A model generated the notes under the pieces. That model saw nothing but the letters and a program-made list of their open reading frames with translations, did no database searches and was not told the DNA's origin. Position numbers and translations under genes: made by a program. A stretch of DNA of 64,000 nucleotides from an uncultured Solirubrobacterales bacterium (GTDB lineage: Bacteria; Actinomycetota; Thermoleophilia; Solirubrobacterales; Solirubrobacteraceae): contig OY970274.1 of the NCBI GenBank assembly GCA_963715775.1, forward strand, positions 263,043-327,042. Direction: 5' to 3'. Positions within the stretch are counted from its first letter, which is position 1. Each line of letters begins with the position of its first letter. Shown one piece after another: positions 17,361 through 26,801 of this stretch.

Positions 17361-18293
17361 GTGCCGGGCCCCGGCCAGGCTGTGAGCGCCGATGTCCCCA
17401 CCGAGGACTACCCCGAGCACCTGCGCGAGCAGGTGGAGCGCCACCTGCAGGCGCTGGGCTTCTCCGAAGAGGCGCTGACGGCCGGGCTGGAGGAGGCGAT
17501 GCGCTACTCGCTGCTGGCGGGCGGCAAGCGCATCCGCCCGGTGCTCGCGCTCGCGACCGCGCGCGCGGTCGGACTCGACCAGGACGCGGCGCTGGGGCTG
17601 GCGGGCGCGGTCGAGCTGATCCACACCTACTCGCTGATCCACGACGACCTGCCGGCGATGGACGACGACGCGCTGCGCCGCGGGCAGCCGACCTGCCACG
17701 TGAAGTTCGGCGAGGACGTCGCGATCCTCGCCGGCGACGGGCTCTATGCGGAGGCCTTCCGGCATCTGCTCAGCGAGCGCCGCGCACTGCCCGAGCGCGT
17801 GCTCGCGGCGGCCGCCGAGCTGGCCGCGGCGACGGGCGTGGGGGGGATGGTCGGCGGGCAGTACGCCGACGTGAGCCTGGGCACCCCCAGTGGGCCGGCG
17901 GCGCTGCGGCGGCTGCACGAGCTGAAGACGGGCCGGCTGATCGGCGCCTCGGTCATCTGCGTGCTGTGCTTGGCGGGGATCGAGGACGGACCTGCGACAA
18001 TCGAGTTTCGCCGTTTTGCCGCCGAGCTGGGCGTGTTGTTCCAGATCGTCGACGACATCCTCGACGTGACGGGCACCGATGACGCGCTCGGCAAGCCGCA
18101 GGGCAGCGACGAGCGCCATGGAAAGCGGACATATGTGAGCGAGTTCGGGATCGAGCGCGCCAGGGAGCTGGCGGCGGAGTCCCACGGGACCGCGCGCCGG
18201 GCGCTCGCCGCGGCCGCCGCGCGGCTCGATCGAACGGACGCCACGGGCGAGCTCGAGCAGATCACGGACTTCATCTACACCAGGACCTCATGA
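17361..18293 (+). CDS. ispA: Polyprenyl (farnesyl/geranylgeranyl) diphosphate synthase
   Basis: GGKRIRP, LIHDDLPAMDDDALRRG, FQIVDDILD. Confidence 0.93.
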   Translation: MPGPGQAVSADVPTEDYPEHLREQVERHLQALGFSEEALTAGLEEAMRYSLLAGGKRIRPVLALATARAVGLDQDAALGLAGAVELIHTYSLIHDDLPAMDDDALRRGQPTCHVKFGEDVAILAGDGLYAEAFRHLLSERRALPERVLAAAAELAAATGVGGMVGGQYADVSLGTPSGPAALRRLHELKTGRLIGASVICVLCLAGIEDGPATIEFRRFAAELGVLFQIVDDILDVTGTDDALGKPQGSDERHGKRTYVSEFGIERARELAAESHGTARRALAAAAARLDRTDATGELEQITDFIYTRTS

Positions 18294-20275
18294 GCATCCT
18301 CCAGAACATCGACGACCCCAAAGATCTGCACAGCCTCAGTGACGAGCAGCTCACCGAGCTGGCCCAGGAGGTGCGCGAGCACATCATCGACACGGTCGGC
18401 GAGATCGGCGGGCACTTCGGCGCGAACCTCGGCACGTGCGAGCTGGCGGTCGCGCTGCACTCGGTCCTCGACAGCCCGCGCGACAAGATCCTCTGGGACG
18501 TCGGCCACCAGGCCTACCCGCACAAGGTGCTCACCGGCCGTCGCAACCAGCTGAGCACGATCCGCCAGTACGAGGGCCTCGCGCCGTTCTGCTCGATCGC
18601 GGAGTCCCCGCACGACATCATGGGCGCCGGGCACGCCTCGACCTCGATCGGCTACGCGGTCGGGATCAAGGAGGGCATGCGCCAGGGGGCAGGCGAGAAC
18701 GGCAAGGTCGTGGCCGTGATCGGCGACGGCGCGATGACCGGGGGCGTCGCCTTCGAGGCGATCGAGCAGGCGGGGGGCCTGGGCACCCCGATTGTGGTCG
18801 TGCTGAACGACAACGGCATGTCGATCGCCCCGAACGTTGGGGCGATGTCGAAATACTTCAACCGGGTCCGCCTGAACCCGAAGCTGTGGCACGCGCGCGA
18901 GGGCGTCGAGGGCGGCCTCACGCGCCTGCCGGGCGGGATCGGCGCCGCGCTCGAGCGCCTCGGTCCTCAGCTGAAGGAGTCGATCAAGGCCTTCTGGGCG
19001 CCCGGGCTGTGGTGGGAGGAGCTCGACTGGGCCTACATGGGCGTCGTCGACGGCCACGACGTGCGCGCCCTGCGCGAGGCGCTGCGCGAGGCGCTCGCGG
19101 CCGAACGCCCGGTCGTCGTGCATGCGGCGACGGTCAAGGGCAAGGGCTTCGCCCCGGCCGAGGACGGCGGGTTGGAGGGCATGGAGAAGTGGCACGCGGC
19201 CAAGCCGAACTCAATCCTCAACGGCTCGCCCACCAGCCCGGCGCCGGCGCCGAACGGATCCGCTGGCAAGACGACGAAAGCACGGGCGGGACTCCAATAC
19301 ACGCAGGTCTTCGGCGAGGCGCTCGTGCGCGAGTGCGAACGCGACGAGCGCGTGGTCGGGATCACCGCGGCGATGAACTCGGGCACGGGGCTGAACATCC
19401 TGCAGAAGGCGCTGCCCGGCAGGTACTTCGACGTCGGCATCGCCGAGCAGCAGGCGATCCTGTTCGCGGCCGGGCTCGCGCTGCAGGGGGTCAAGCCGGT
19501 GGCGGCGATCTACTCGACGTTCCTGCAGCGCGCCTACGACCAGATCGTCCACGACGTCTGCCTGCAGAAACTGAACGTCGTGTTCGCGCTCGACCGCGCC
19601 GGTCTCGTCGGCGACGACGGCCCCACGCACCACGGCGCCTTCGACATCGCCTACCTGCGCTGCCTGCCGAACATCGTCCTGATGGCCCCGCGCGACGAGG
19701 CGCTGCTCGTCGACATGCTCCACACCGCGCTCCTCCACGACGACGGCCCGATCGCGCTGCGCTACCCGCGCGGCGAGGGGCCTGGCACGGAGCTGCCAGT
19801 CAGCCCCCGCGCGATTGAGATCGGCACCGGCGAGATCTTGATCGAGCCCCACCCACCCGGCGCCGGCGCTCATGCGGGTGGACGGGTCGCGCTGCTCGGC
19901 TACGGCAGCGGCGTCGGCAAGGCCCTGGAGGCCGCCGCGGAGCTGGCCGGCGAGGAGATCGCGGTGACGGTCGCCGACGCGCGCTTCGCGAAGCCAATCG
20001 ACGCCGGACTCGTGGCCCAGCTCGCCGCCGAGCACGATCTGCTCGTGACGGTCGAGGAGGGCGTTCTGGCGGGCGGCTTCGGCACTGCCGTGTGGGAGAC
20101 CCTGAACGAGGCCGGCACGACGATCCCGCGAATTTTGCGCGTGGGTCTGCCCGATCGCTACGTCACGCATGGCAAGCCGGCGTTGTTACACGAGGAGGTC
20201 GGCTTCACGGGCAAGCGCATCGCCGAGCGCGTCCGGGCGGCGATCCTCACTCATGAGTCCGCGCCAATTGCATAA
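18290..20275 (+). CDS. dxs: 1-deoxy-D-xylulose-5-phosphate synthase
   Basis: WDVGHQAYPHK, GDGAMTGG..LNDNGMSI, DVGIAEQ, YSTFLQRAYDQ. Confidence 0.97.
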   Translation: MSILQNIDDPKDLHSLSDEQLTELAQEVREHIIDTVGEIGGHFGANLGTCELAVALHSVLDSPRDKILWDVGHQAYPHKVLTGRRNQLSTIRQYEGLAPFCSIAESPHDIMGAGHASTSIGYAVGIKEGMRQGAGENGKVVAVIGDGAMTGGVAFEAIEQAGGLGTPIVVVLNDNGMSIAPNVGAMSKYFNRVRLNPKLWHAREGVEGGLTRLPGGIGAALERLGPQLKESIKAFWAPGLWWEELDWAYMGVVDGHDVRALREALREALAAERPVVVHAATVKGKGFAPAEDGGLEGMEKWHAAKPNSILNGSPTSPAPAPNGSAGKTTKARAGLQYTQVFGEALVRECERDERVVGITAAMNSGTGLNILQKALPGRYFDVGIAEQQAILFAAGLALQGVKPVAAIYSTFLQRAYDQIVHDVCLQKLNVVFALDRAGLVGDDGPTHHGAFDIAYLRCLPNIVLMAPRDEALLVDMLHTALLHDDGPIALRYPRGEGPGTELPVSPRAIEIGTGEILIEPHPPGAGAHAGGRVALLGYGSGVGKALEAAAELAGEEIAVTVADARFAKPIDAGLVAQLAAEHDLLVTVEEGVLAGGFGTAVWETLNEAGTTIPRILRVGLPDRYVTHGKPALLHEEVGFTGKRIAERVRAAILTHESAPIA

Positions 20276-20403
20276 CGTGGAGTCTGAGGGGTCGAGCGGG
20301 ACGCAGGCCAAGCAGGCCCAGGACGCAGTGAGCGTGGCGTGCTTTGCACGCGAGCGATCGAGGACGCCGAGATGCGCCGGCATGCGTTCCGGTCGACTTA
20401 AAT

Positions 20404-20434
20404 GAAACGGCCCGCAGGGGAGGCGGGCCGTTTC
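20404..20434. terminator. Perfect 12-bp stem-loop between dxs and tlyA (terminator-like)
   Basis: GAAACGGCCCGC-aggggag-GCGGGCCGTTTC; followed by ATTT on the minus strand. Confidence 0.55.
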
Positions 20435-20445
20435 GGGGAGGAGGG

Positions 20446-21153
20446 ATGCTGCTGTGCTTCGGGTCGTTCATCATGATGCCCAACGTGTGGGTGGCTATGT
20501 GTGATGTTGATCACAGAGGCGAGCATACGTTCGTCTCGCGGGGCGGGACGAAGCTCGAGAACGCGCTCGCCGCGACGGGGCTCGAGGTCGCGGGCCGGCG
20601 CGCGCTCGACATCGGCGCCTCAACCGGCGGCTTCACCGACTGCCTGCTGCAGGGCGGCGCGACGGACGTGATCGCGGTCGACGTCGGCTACGGCCAGCTC
20701 GACTGGGGTCTGCGCAACGACCCCCGCGTGCACGTGCTCGAGCGGACGAACGCGCGCGCGCTGACCCCCGAGCAGCTCCCGTACACGCCCGACCTCGTGA
20801 CGATCGACGTCTCCTTCATCTCGCTCGCCAAGATCCTGCCCGCGGTGCTCGCGTGCGTGGCCGAGCGCTACGACGTGCTCGCGCTGGTCAAGCCCCAGTT
20901 CGAGGTCGGTCGCGCGCTCGCGAGCAAGGGGCGCGGCGTGATCCGTGACCCGGCCGACCGGCGGATGGCGCTCGTTGGCGTGGGGGAGACGGCTCTACGC
21001 CTCGACGCGAGCGTGCTCGGGTTCCACTCCTCGGGGCTCGCGGGGCCGAAGGGCAACAAAGAGACGTTCCTGTGGCTGGCCGAGCCGGGGCGCGCGGGGG
21101 CGGCCGAGAATGGCCAGGAGATCGAGACGATGGCAAGGAAGGTGGAGCCCTGA
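20446..21153 (+). CDS. tlyA: TlyA family rRNA 2'-O-methyltransferase, apparently lacking the N-terminal S4 domain
   Basis: FVSRGG.KL, LDIGASTGGFTD, DVSFISL, LVKPQFE, GPKGN.E; start uncertain (20446-20497). Confidence 0.85.
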   Translation: MLLCFGSFIMMPNVWVAMCDVDHRGEHTFVSRGGTKLENALAATGLEVAGRRALDIGASTGGFTDCLLQGGATDVIAVDVGYGQLDWGLRNDPRVHVLERTNARALTPEQLPYTPDLVTIDVSFISLAKILPAVLACVAERYDVLALVKPQFEVGRALASKGRGVIRDPADRRMALVGVGETALRLDASVLGFHSSGLAGPKGNKETFLWLAEPGRAGAAENGQEIETMARKVEP

Positions 21154-21190
21154 GCCAGTGGCAGGCAGGGCGCCCTGGGAAGATGAGGCC

Positions 21191-22048
21191 ATGAGAGAGA
21201 TCACCGTCTTCACGCACCGGCGCCCGGAGGACACGAGCGCGACCCTCGCGCGGTTCGCGGCGGCGGCCGCGCATGCGGGCGTGACGCTGCTCCTCGATGA
21301 GACGGAGACGCGCAAGCACGGTCTCCAGGAGGGTCCGGGGCTCGCGGTGAACGCGCCCGTGAAGGACGACGTCGAGCTGTGCGTCGTGCTCGGCGGCGAC
21401 GGGACGATCCTCGGCGCGCTGCAGCGCTATGCGGGCACCGGCGTACCGGTGTTCGCGATCAACTTCGGCGAGATCGGCTTTCTCGCGACGGTCGAGCCCG
21501 ATGAGATCGAGGACGGCATCGCTCGCGCGCTCGCCGGCGACTTCGAGCTGCGAGGTCTGCCGGGGATCGTGCTGGACGGGCCGGGAGGTGGCTCGGACGC
21601 GCGGCGGACGGCGTTCAACGACATCGCGATCCACCGCAAGGTCGGCGAGCGGATCGCGCAGATCGCCTATGCCCTCGACGGCGAGGAGGTCGGGAGCGTG
21701 CGCTGCGATGGTCTGGTCGTGGCCACCCCGGCCGGCTCGACCGGTTACAACCTCGCCAACGGCGGGCCCGTGATGGCGTGGGGCGTGGAGGGGTTCGTGG
21801 TCTCGTTCATCGCGCCCCACTCGCTCGCGGCGCGCACGCTCGTGGTGGCACCCCGCGACCGCCTGACGATCCACAACCGCTCGCACGAGCCGCTCGACGT
21901 GGCCGTCGACGGACGCCCCGCCACCGAGATCCCGGCGGGCGGGTCGATCAACGCGCGCTTCGTCGACGCGGTCGGGACGATCGCGCAGCTGCCGGGCTCC
22001 TCGTTCTACCGCCGCCTGCGCGAGAAGTTCGGGCGTCTCGCAAGCTGA
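21191..22048 (+). CDS. nadK: NAD kinase
   Basis: LGGDGTIL, INFGEIGFL, FNDI, DGLVVATPAGSTGYNLANGGP. Confidence 0.93.
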   Translation: MREITVFTHRRPEDTSATLARFAAAAAHAGVTLLLDETETRKHGLQEGPGLAVNAPVKDDVELCVVLGGDGTILGALQRYAGTGVPVFAINFGEIGFLATVEPDEIEDGIARALAGDFELRGLPGIVLDGPGGGSDARRTAFNDIAIHRKVGERIAQIAYALDGEEVGSVRCDGLVVATPAGSTGYNLANGGPVMAWGVEGFVVSFIAPHSLAARTLVVAPRDRLTIHNRSHEPLDVAVDGRPATEIPAGGSINARFVDAVGTIAQLPGSSFYRRLREKFGRLAS

Positions 22049-22057
22049 GGCGGCCGC

Positions 22058-22303
22058 TCAGGCGACTTTGGCCGCTGGGGCGGCCTCGTGGATCTCGCCC
22101 GCGTTCTGCATCGAGGTGACGAACTCGTCGAGCTGGTCGCGCGAAAAGCGGCGCTGGCTGCCGGGCGTCCGGTAGCAGTGGATGTGGCCGGCGTCGGTCC
22201 AGCGGCGGATCGTCGCCAGCGAGACGCCGACGTAGCGCGCCGCCTGAGAGCTAGTGAAGACGAGCTGGCGGTCTGAGTGGGGCTGCAGGGGTGTGATGGG
22301 CAT
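22058..22303 (-). CDS. BldC-like / excisionase-type MerR HTH DNA-binding protein
   Basis: QAARYVGVSLATIRRWTDAGHI.CYRTPG.QRRFSR..L; RBS GAGGA. Confidence 0.8.
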   Translation of the reverse strand: MPITPLQPHSDRQLVFTSSQAARYVGVSLATIRRWTDAGHIHCYRTPGSQRRFSRDQLDEFVTSMQNAGEIHEAAPAAKVA

Positions 22304-22572
22304 GTCCTCGCCTTTGGGTCGTTGTCGGTGTCGTATGCGGTCCGCCGGGTCGCCGGCTGTGCCCGCCTGGTGAGTCGGCGGCTCTCAGTCAGATGCGCCC
22401 AGGCAGACGTTCCGGCTGCTCCATCTTTCGGGTGGATGGGGGCATAAGCCGAGCGCAGCGAAGCTTTGTGGACCTTTGGTCGAGAAAGGCCGCGAGATCC
22501 CTGCGGCGCGCGGCGATTCGGGCCGCTGAATCCCTTCGTCTGCAAGCATTCGTGCAAAAGTCGAGCAAAAGC

Positions 22573-22600
22573 TGGACATTTCGTCCAATCTCGCTACTAT
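22573..22600 (+). promoter_or_regulatory. Sigma70-like promoter (TGGACA-N16-TACTAT) with no long plus-strand gene downstream
   Basis: tggacatttcgtccaatctcgctactat; -35 lies in the palindrome TGGAC-N5-GTCCA and follows an 11-bp direct repeat. Confidence 0.4.
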
Positions 22601-22913
22601 GGTGCTCGAACCTACTCAAAGGCGCGCGTTCCTGTGGATGGAGACAAACGGAGCCCGCTTGGCAAATATGGCCCTTGGGGGCCGCAAACGAGGGAGATCT
22701 TCATGGGCCATCACCTGTAAGCTTAAGTGCCCTTTTTGGGGCCGAGACGGCCACAAACGTGGCATGTCAACGGGAGCGTCGCACTGTGTGCGGCGCTTTC
22801 GTCATTTAAGCCCCGTCAATCAAGGTCCTTCAATCGTCGGTCGAGGCTGAAAGCGAAGCCGTGTAACGCCCGGAGCGCGCCACAACATGCTGCTCGAGGG
22901 GCTTGGAACTTAC

Positions 22914-24302
22914 TCAGCCTCCGGATGCGGGCTGGGCGAACTTGCGCGCCCGTCGCTCGAACGCGAGCTCGGTCTCGAAGTTGGCGTCGTCGCCGTGCGC
23001 GGAGGTGACCGGACCGTCGCGCTCGAGCATCGCAATGAAGCTCTCGACGAGCTCAGCGTCGAGCTGGCGACCGGCGACCCGCCGCAGCTCGGCGATTGCG
23101 TCCTGCGGGGTCATCGGCGAGCGGTACGTTTCGCGCGCTGTCAGCGTGTCGTACGTCGAGCAGATCGCGATAATCCGTGAAGCGAGCGGGATCTCGTTGC
23201 CGATCAGGCCGGCCGGGTAGCCGCCGCCGTCGACGTGCTCGTGGTGGTAGAGGATCGCGTCGGCGACCGGGCCGTAGCCGTCGAGCCTGCCGACGAGCGT
23301 CGCCCCGTCCTGTGGATGGCGGCGGATCACCGCCCAGTCCTGATCGGACAGGACCTCGGCGTGGAGAATGCTGTCGGGCAAGGCGAACTTGCCGATGTCG
23401 TGCAGCAAGCCCGCAGTGTGGACGAGGTCCTGCTCAGCCTCGTCGAGACCCAGCTCGGTGGCGAGCTCCCGCGCATAACGAGCGACGGCCGCTGCGTGGC
23501 GCGCAGTCATCCGGTCGCGTAGCGCGAGCGTCTCGACGAGCGTCGTCAGCACGCCGAGCTGCAGGGAGGCGAGGTGGATCGAGCGAGCCTCTAGTTGGTC
23601 TGCTCGCTCCTCCGAACGCAGCAGCGCGACTGCCAAATATTGGAAGATCAGCAGCAGCAATACTGCGCCGAGCAATATCGGAAAGCCGACGTTCGTGTAG
23701 GCCACGGCGAGGATCGCGGCTACTGCACCTGTGGCAATCTGCCCGGGCATCAGTGGGATCAAGACTTCGCGCACCTGACTGCGCAGTGTGCGTTCTTGGA
23801 TCACGTATACGTGAATCGCGACTACTGCGAAGTTGAGAACATTGGTAATTATGAATACGCCGAACACCACGAGCCCAAACGTGATGCTCTTCGTTAGAGC
23901 GTTGTGAGGATCGTGCACGTTGCCGATCAACGCCCGGATCATTAGTCCGCCGAGCAAAGGAAAGACTGCATAGTTCGTCAGGTTGTTGAGCCATGCAGAT
24001 GGCGATATGCGTCGCGAGGCAGAGGACAAGGCGATAGCGGCGATGCCGAAGCACACAGCGGGAGCAGGTCCCAACAGGCTCATTGCGAGCACAAGCGCGA
24101 GGAAGTCTGCGGTCACCTGCTGACTGCGGAGGGTTACACCAAGTCGCTGCCCGATCAGGGCAAGTGCCAACAGTAGGCCCACAAGGTCCAACGGACCCCA
24201 TTCCTGAGCGTTAGAGATACCGACCGTCGCAAGGAGGGCGCCTGCAAGCACCACGCCCTCGGCGAACCAGAGGAGCCGGCTCTTTGTCTGCGCAGTCAAC
24301 AT
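22914..24302 (-). CDS. Membrane-bound HD-GYP domain protein (putative cyclic dinucleotide phosphodiesterase)
   Basis: N-terminal multi-TM region; LHDIGK, HHEHVDGGGYPAGL.G.EIPL.SRII. Confidence 0.88.
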   Translation of the reverse strand: MLTAQTKSRLLWFAEGVVLAGALLATVGISNAQEWGPLDLVGLLLALALIGQRLGVTLRSQQVTADFLALVLAMSLLGPAPAVCFGIAAIALSSASRRISPSAWLNNLTNYAVFPLLGGLMIRALIGNVHDPHNALTKSITFGLVVFGVFIITNVLNFAVVAIHVYVIQERTLRSQVREVLIPLMPGQIATGAVAAILAVAYTNVGFPILLGAVLLLLIFQYLAVALLRSEERADQLEARSIHLASLQLGVLTTLVETLALRDRMTARHAAAVARYARELATELGLDEAEQDLVHTAGLLHDIGKFALPDSILHAEVLSDQDWAVIRRHPQDGATLVGRLDGYGPVADAILYHHEHVDGGGYPAGLIGNEIPLASRIIAICSTYDTLTARETYRSPMTPQDAIAELRRVAGRQLDAELVESFIAMLERDGPVTSAHGDDANFETELAFERRARKFAQPASGG

Positions 24303-24305
24303 TTG

Positions 24306-25715
24306 TCAGTTCCTGTCGTTCTTAACGGCCGATACAGCGTCGGACTTAAGGTGCTCATGGGTGGTGATGGACGCGGGAACAGTGGCTTGCAAGAGGCTCG
24401 CAAGCCCGGTGTTCGCTGGCTCGTCCGGTTGCGCGGCAGCAACCTCCGCTTCAGTCACAGTGAGGCTCGCCGCCGTGAAGCGGTCGAGCCCTTTCAGCAC
24501 GAGCGCCAAGAACACGAACGTCATCGCCGTCGCTCCGATCCCGACGGTCAGAAAGGCAGTACGGGGCGAGCTGATCGCGACCAACGCCCCCCCGAGCGCC
24601 AGCCCGAGCGCAAGCGACAGCGCGCCGATCGATTCGACGGTGCTCATCAGGCGACCGTGCAGCATCGGTGGCGTCAGCCGCTGGACGAGGCTGATCACCG
24701 AGGCCCACTCGACGCCGTTGCCGACCCCCCCGACGACAGCAGCGAGACAGGCGACCTCGAGCGACCCGGCCGCGGCAAACCCTATGTAGGCAAAGCCCAT
24801 CGCGAGCGTGCCGCCGGTGAGCATCGCACCCAATCCGCGCTTCGGCGAGCGCGCGAAGATGAAGCTGCCGATCACCACGCCCACACCCCACACCCCGAGC
24901 AGCAAGCCGAAGCCGCGGTCGCCCGCGTTCAGCGTCACCTTCGCGTAGGCGATCTCGATCGGATCGGCCGAGTTGAAGAACACCAGCGCGATCGTCTCCG
25001 CCAGCAGCAGGCCGCGCAAGAGCGGCACCCCGTTGACGTACTCCAACGCCGCGCGCAGACGTTGCAACACGGTGGCGCCGGCGGCATCCTCGGCATGGGG
25101 GCGCAGGTCGAACAGCATCCCACCGCAGATCAAAAACGAGGCGGCGTCGATGAACAGCGCGGCGGGCGCCCCCGCGGCGCTGACCAGGACACCGGCGATC
25201 GCGGGACCGAGCATGAACGTGGCCGAGAAGGCTATGTTCAGAGTCGCGTTCGCCTGCCGCTCGGCCGCCTGCGTGAACGCCTCCAGATCCTTGCCGCGCG
25301 CGGCGTCCCACTCAACCTTTGCCTCCTCGCGCGCGGCCTTTGCCGTCTCCGCGCGCAACAGTGCGCTCGCAGCTAGCGCCGCCGTGCCGTCGAGCGCCGC
25401 CAGCAGCAGGATCGCAGGCAGCCAGAAGTGCCACAGCAGCACCGCCAGCCCGACCGTCACGATACCCTCGAACACGTACAGCCCGCTCAGCACGCCGCGC
25501 CGTTGCGATGCTTCGACCCGCGCCGCCAGCGCCGGCGCCACGAACGCGGGCAGCGCCTGTCCCGAGATCAGCAGCGCCGCGACCGCGAGCGCGCTGTGTG
25601 TGTGGTCGAAAACGGCCACGGACAGCGCGACGAAGCCGAACCAGGTACCGAGCCGGTTGACCGTGTACGCGCCGATGATCCGGCGCAGCCGGTGGGATCT
25701 CAGGGTTGAAGGCAC
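24306..25715 (-). CDS. MFS transporter (DHA3/H+ antiporter-like)
   Basis: About 12 hydrophobic segments, GPAIAGVL, GRLMS..ES; low-complexity C-terminal tail. Confidence 0.8.
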   Translation of the reverse strand: MPSTLRSHRLRRIIGAYTVNRLGTWFGFVALSVAVFDHTHSALAVAALLISGQALPAFVAPALAARVEASQRRGVLSGLYVFEGIVTVGLAVLLWHFWLPAILLLAALDGTAALAASALLRAETAKAAREEAKVEWDAARGKDLEAFTQAAERQANATLNIAFSATFMLGPAIAGVLVSAAGAPAALFIDAASFLICGGMLFDLRPHAEDAAGATVLQRLRAALEYVNGVPLLRGLLLAETIALVFFNSADPIEIAYAKVTLNAGDRGFGLLLGVWGVGVVIGSFIFARSPKRGLGAMLTGGTLAMGFAYIGFAAAGSLEVACLAAVVGGVGNGVEWASVISLVQRLTPPMLHGRLMSTVESIGALSLALGLALGGALVAISSPRTAFLTVGIGATAMTFVFLALVLKGLDRFTAASLTVTEAEVAAAQPDEPANTGLASLLQATVPASITTHEHLKSDAVSAVKNDRN

Positions 25716-25850
25716 GCCGCCACGCTAACGGTTGTCTGCGACGGCAGCGAGCGCTGCAAGCGCTTGCGCGGGTCGCGCAGATGGGGGAGCTGAGGGCGAG
25801 CGCTCGCCCTCACAGCAGACCCTTGCGGCCTTTCGCGACGTACCCGCGCG

Positions 25851-26315
25851 TTATCCGTGCCGCAGGCGCAGCTCGTCGTTGTACACGGGGCGCGGTCCGT
25901 GCGCTTCGGTGGGGTCGTCGACGATCAGCACGGGCAACTCGGGATGGCGGTGGGCGAGCGTCTGCAGCAGCGACTCCGCGGGGGCATCGTCGAGGTCGCC
26001 GGCGATGAACGCCATGCGGCTCCCGGAGGCGTGCTCGAGCGCCTCGCAAACCGCGTCAGCCTGCTCGAACACAGTGCTCTTCGGCAGCGTCTGGCTGAGC
26101 TCGTCGAGCAGCGTCGCGCGCCGCTCGGCATCCGCTCCGGCGAGCAGGATGCGGGTCGGCCCGGCGATCACGCGCAGCGCCGGCGAGCGCGCCTCTCCTC
26201 CCCGCAGGGACTCCGACTGCGTGCGGGGCTCGCTGGGACACGGATCGGGCAGCAGGCGCAGCGCGGGAACACGTGAGCCGGAGCGCCGTCTGGCCAGTGT
26301 CTGTGCAGGGCTCAT
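25851..26315 (-). CDS. Stand-alone atypical receiver-like domain protein
   Basis: RILLAGAD...LL.EL...V.EQAD.V.EALE....MAFIAGDL..AESLLQ.L..HPELPVLIV resembles a CheY fold; ATG overlaps the upstream stop. Confidence 0.5.
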   Translation of the reverse strand: MSPAQTLARRRSGSRVPALRLLPDPCPSEPRTQSESLRGGEARSPALRVIAGPTRILLAGADAERRATLLDELSQTLPKSTVFEQADAVCEALEHASGSRMAFIAGDLDDAPAESLLQTLAHRHPELPVLIVDDPTEAHGPRPVYNDELRLRHG

Positions 26316-26494
26316 AGCGGGGAGGCTCCCGGCATCGCGGGCCACGTTTCGCTCATCGCGAGCTCGTGCGGATCGCGCGAGGCCCGCTCGGTCGCGAGGT
26401 CCTCGCCCAGCTCGATGCGACCGAGCGCTGACAGCGCGGCGAAGCCGGCGGCCGTCAGGGCCAGCCACGTCAACGCGATGCTGAAGGCGATCAT
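26312..26494 (-). CDS. Small single-pass membrane protein
   Basis: MIAFSIALTWLALTAAGFAALSALG hydrophobic N-terminus; RBS GGAGCC; ATGA coupling to the next gene. Confidence 0.5.
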   Translation of the reverse strand: MIAFSIALTWLALTAAGFAALSALGRIELGEDLATERASRDPHELAMSETWPAMPGASPL

Positions 26495-26590
26495 GAGGGC
26501 TCCTTCCCGGTCGCGAGGCACCTAAAGGGTGAAAGCTCGTGCGGCATAGCCGACATGATGGGGCCCCGCGGGTCGTTTGTCTGTAGGCGG

Positions 26591-26646
26591 AAGGTGCCGA
26601 TCGTGTAGTCCCAAAGGTGCCGATCTGTGTAGTCCTTCCGGTGCCG
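26591..26646. repeat. Tandem 21-22 bp direct repeats (period 23-24 bp) in a divergent promoter region
   Basis: AAGGTGCCGATC-GTGTAGTCC (26591), AAGGTGCCGATCTGTGTAGTCC (26614), partial GGTGCCG (26640). Confidence 0.75.
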
Positions 26647-26801
26647 TCGCGGACCCAGCCCGCACCCGCGGAAGATAGGGGAGGGCGAAATCGACGGGCC
26701 GCGCGCCGGATTTGCGGGCTCCTGCGCACCGCAGGCTCTCCGTCGCGCGGAGGTCGCGCCCGCACGCGAGACCCGCCGGTCCAGGCAGTACTGTGCGCAC
26801 G

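Noticed and set aside
22330-22700. c-di-GMP-I, c-di-GMP-II or c-di-AMP riboswitch (GCTGAATCC; GGCAAA..hairpin..GCAAA)
   Set aside because: Only isolated fragments match; the GNRA loop, receptor and helix order could not be assembled; needs cmscan
26591-26646. Mini CRISPR array
   Set aside because: Repeats are nearly adjacent with no spacers, and no cas genes are present
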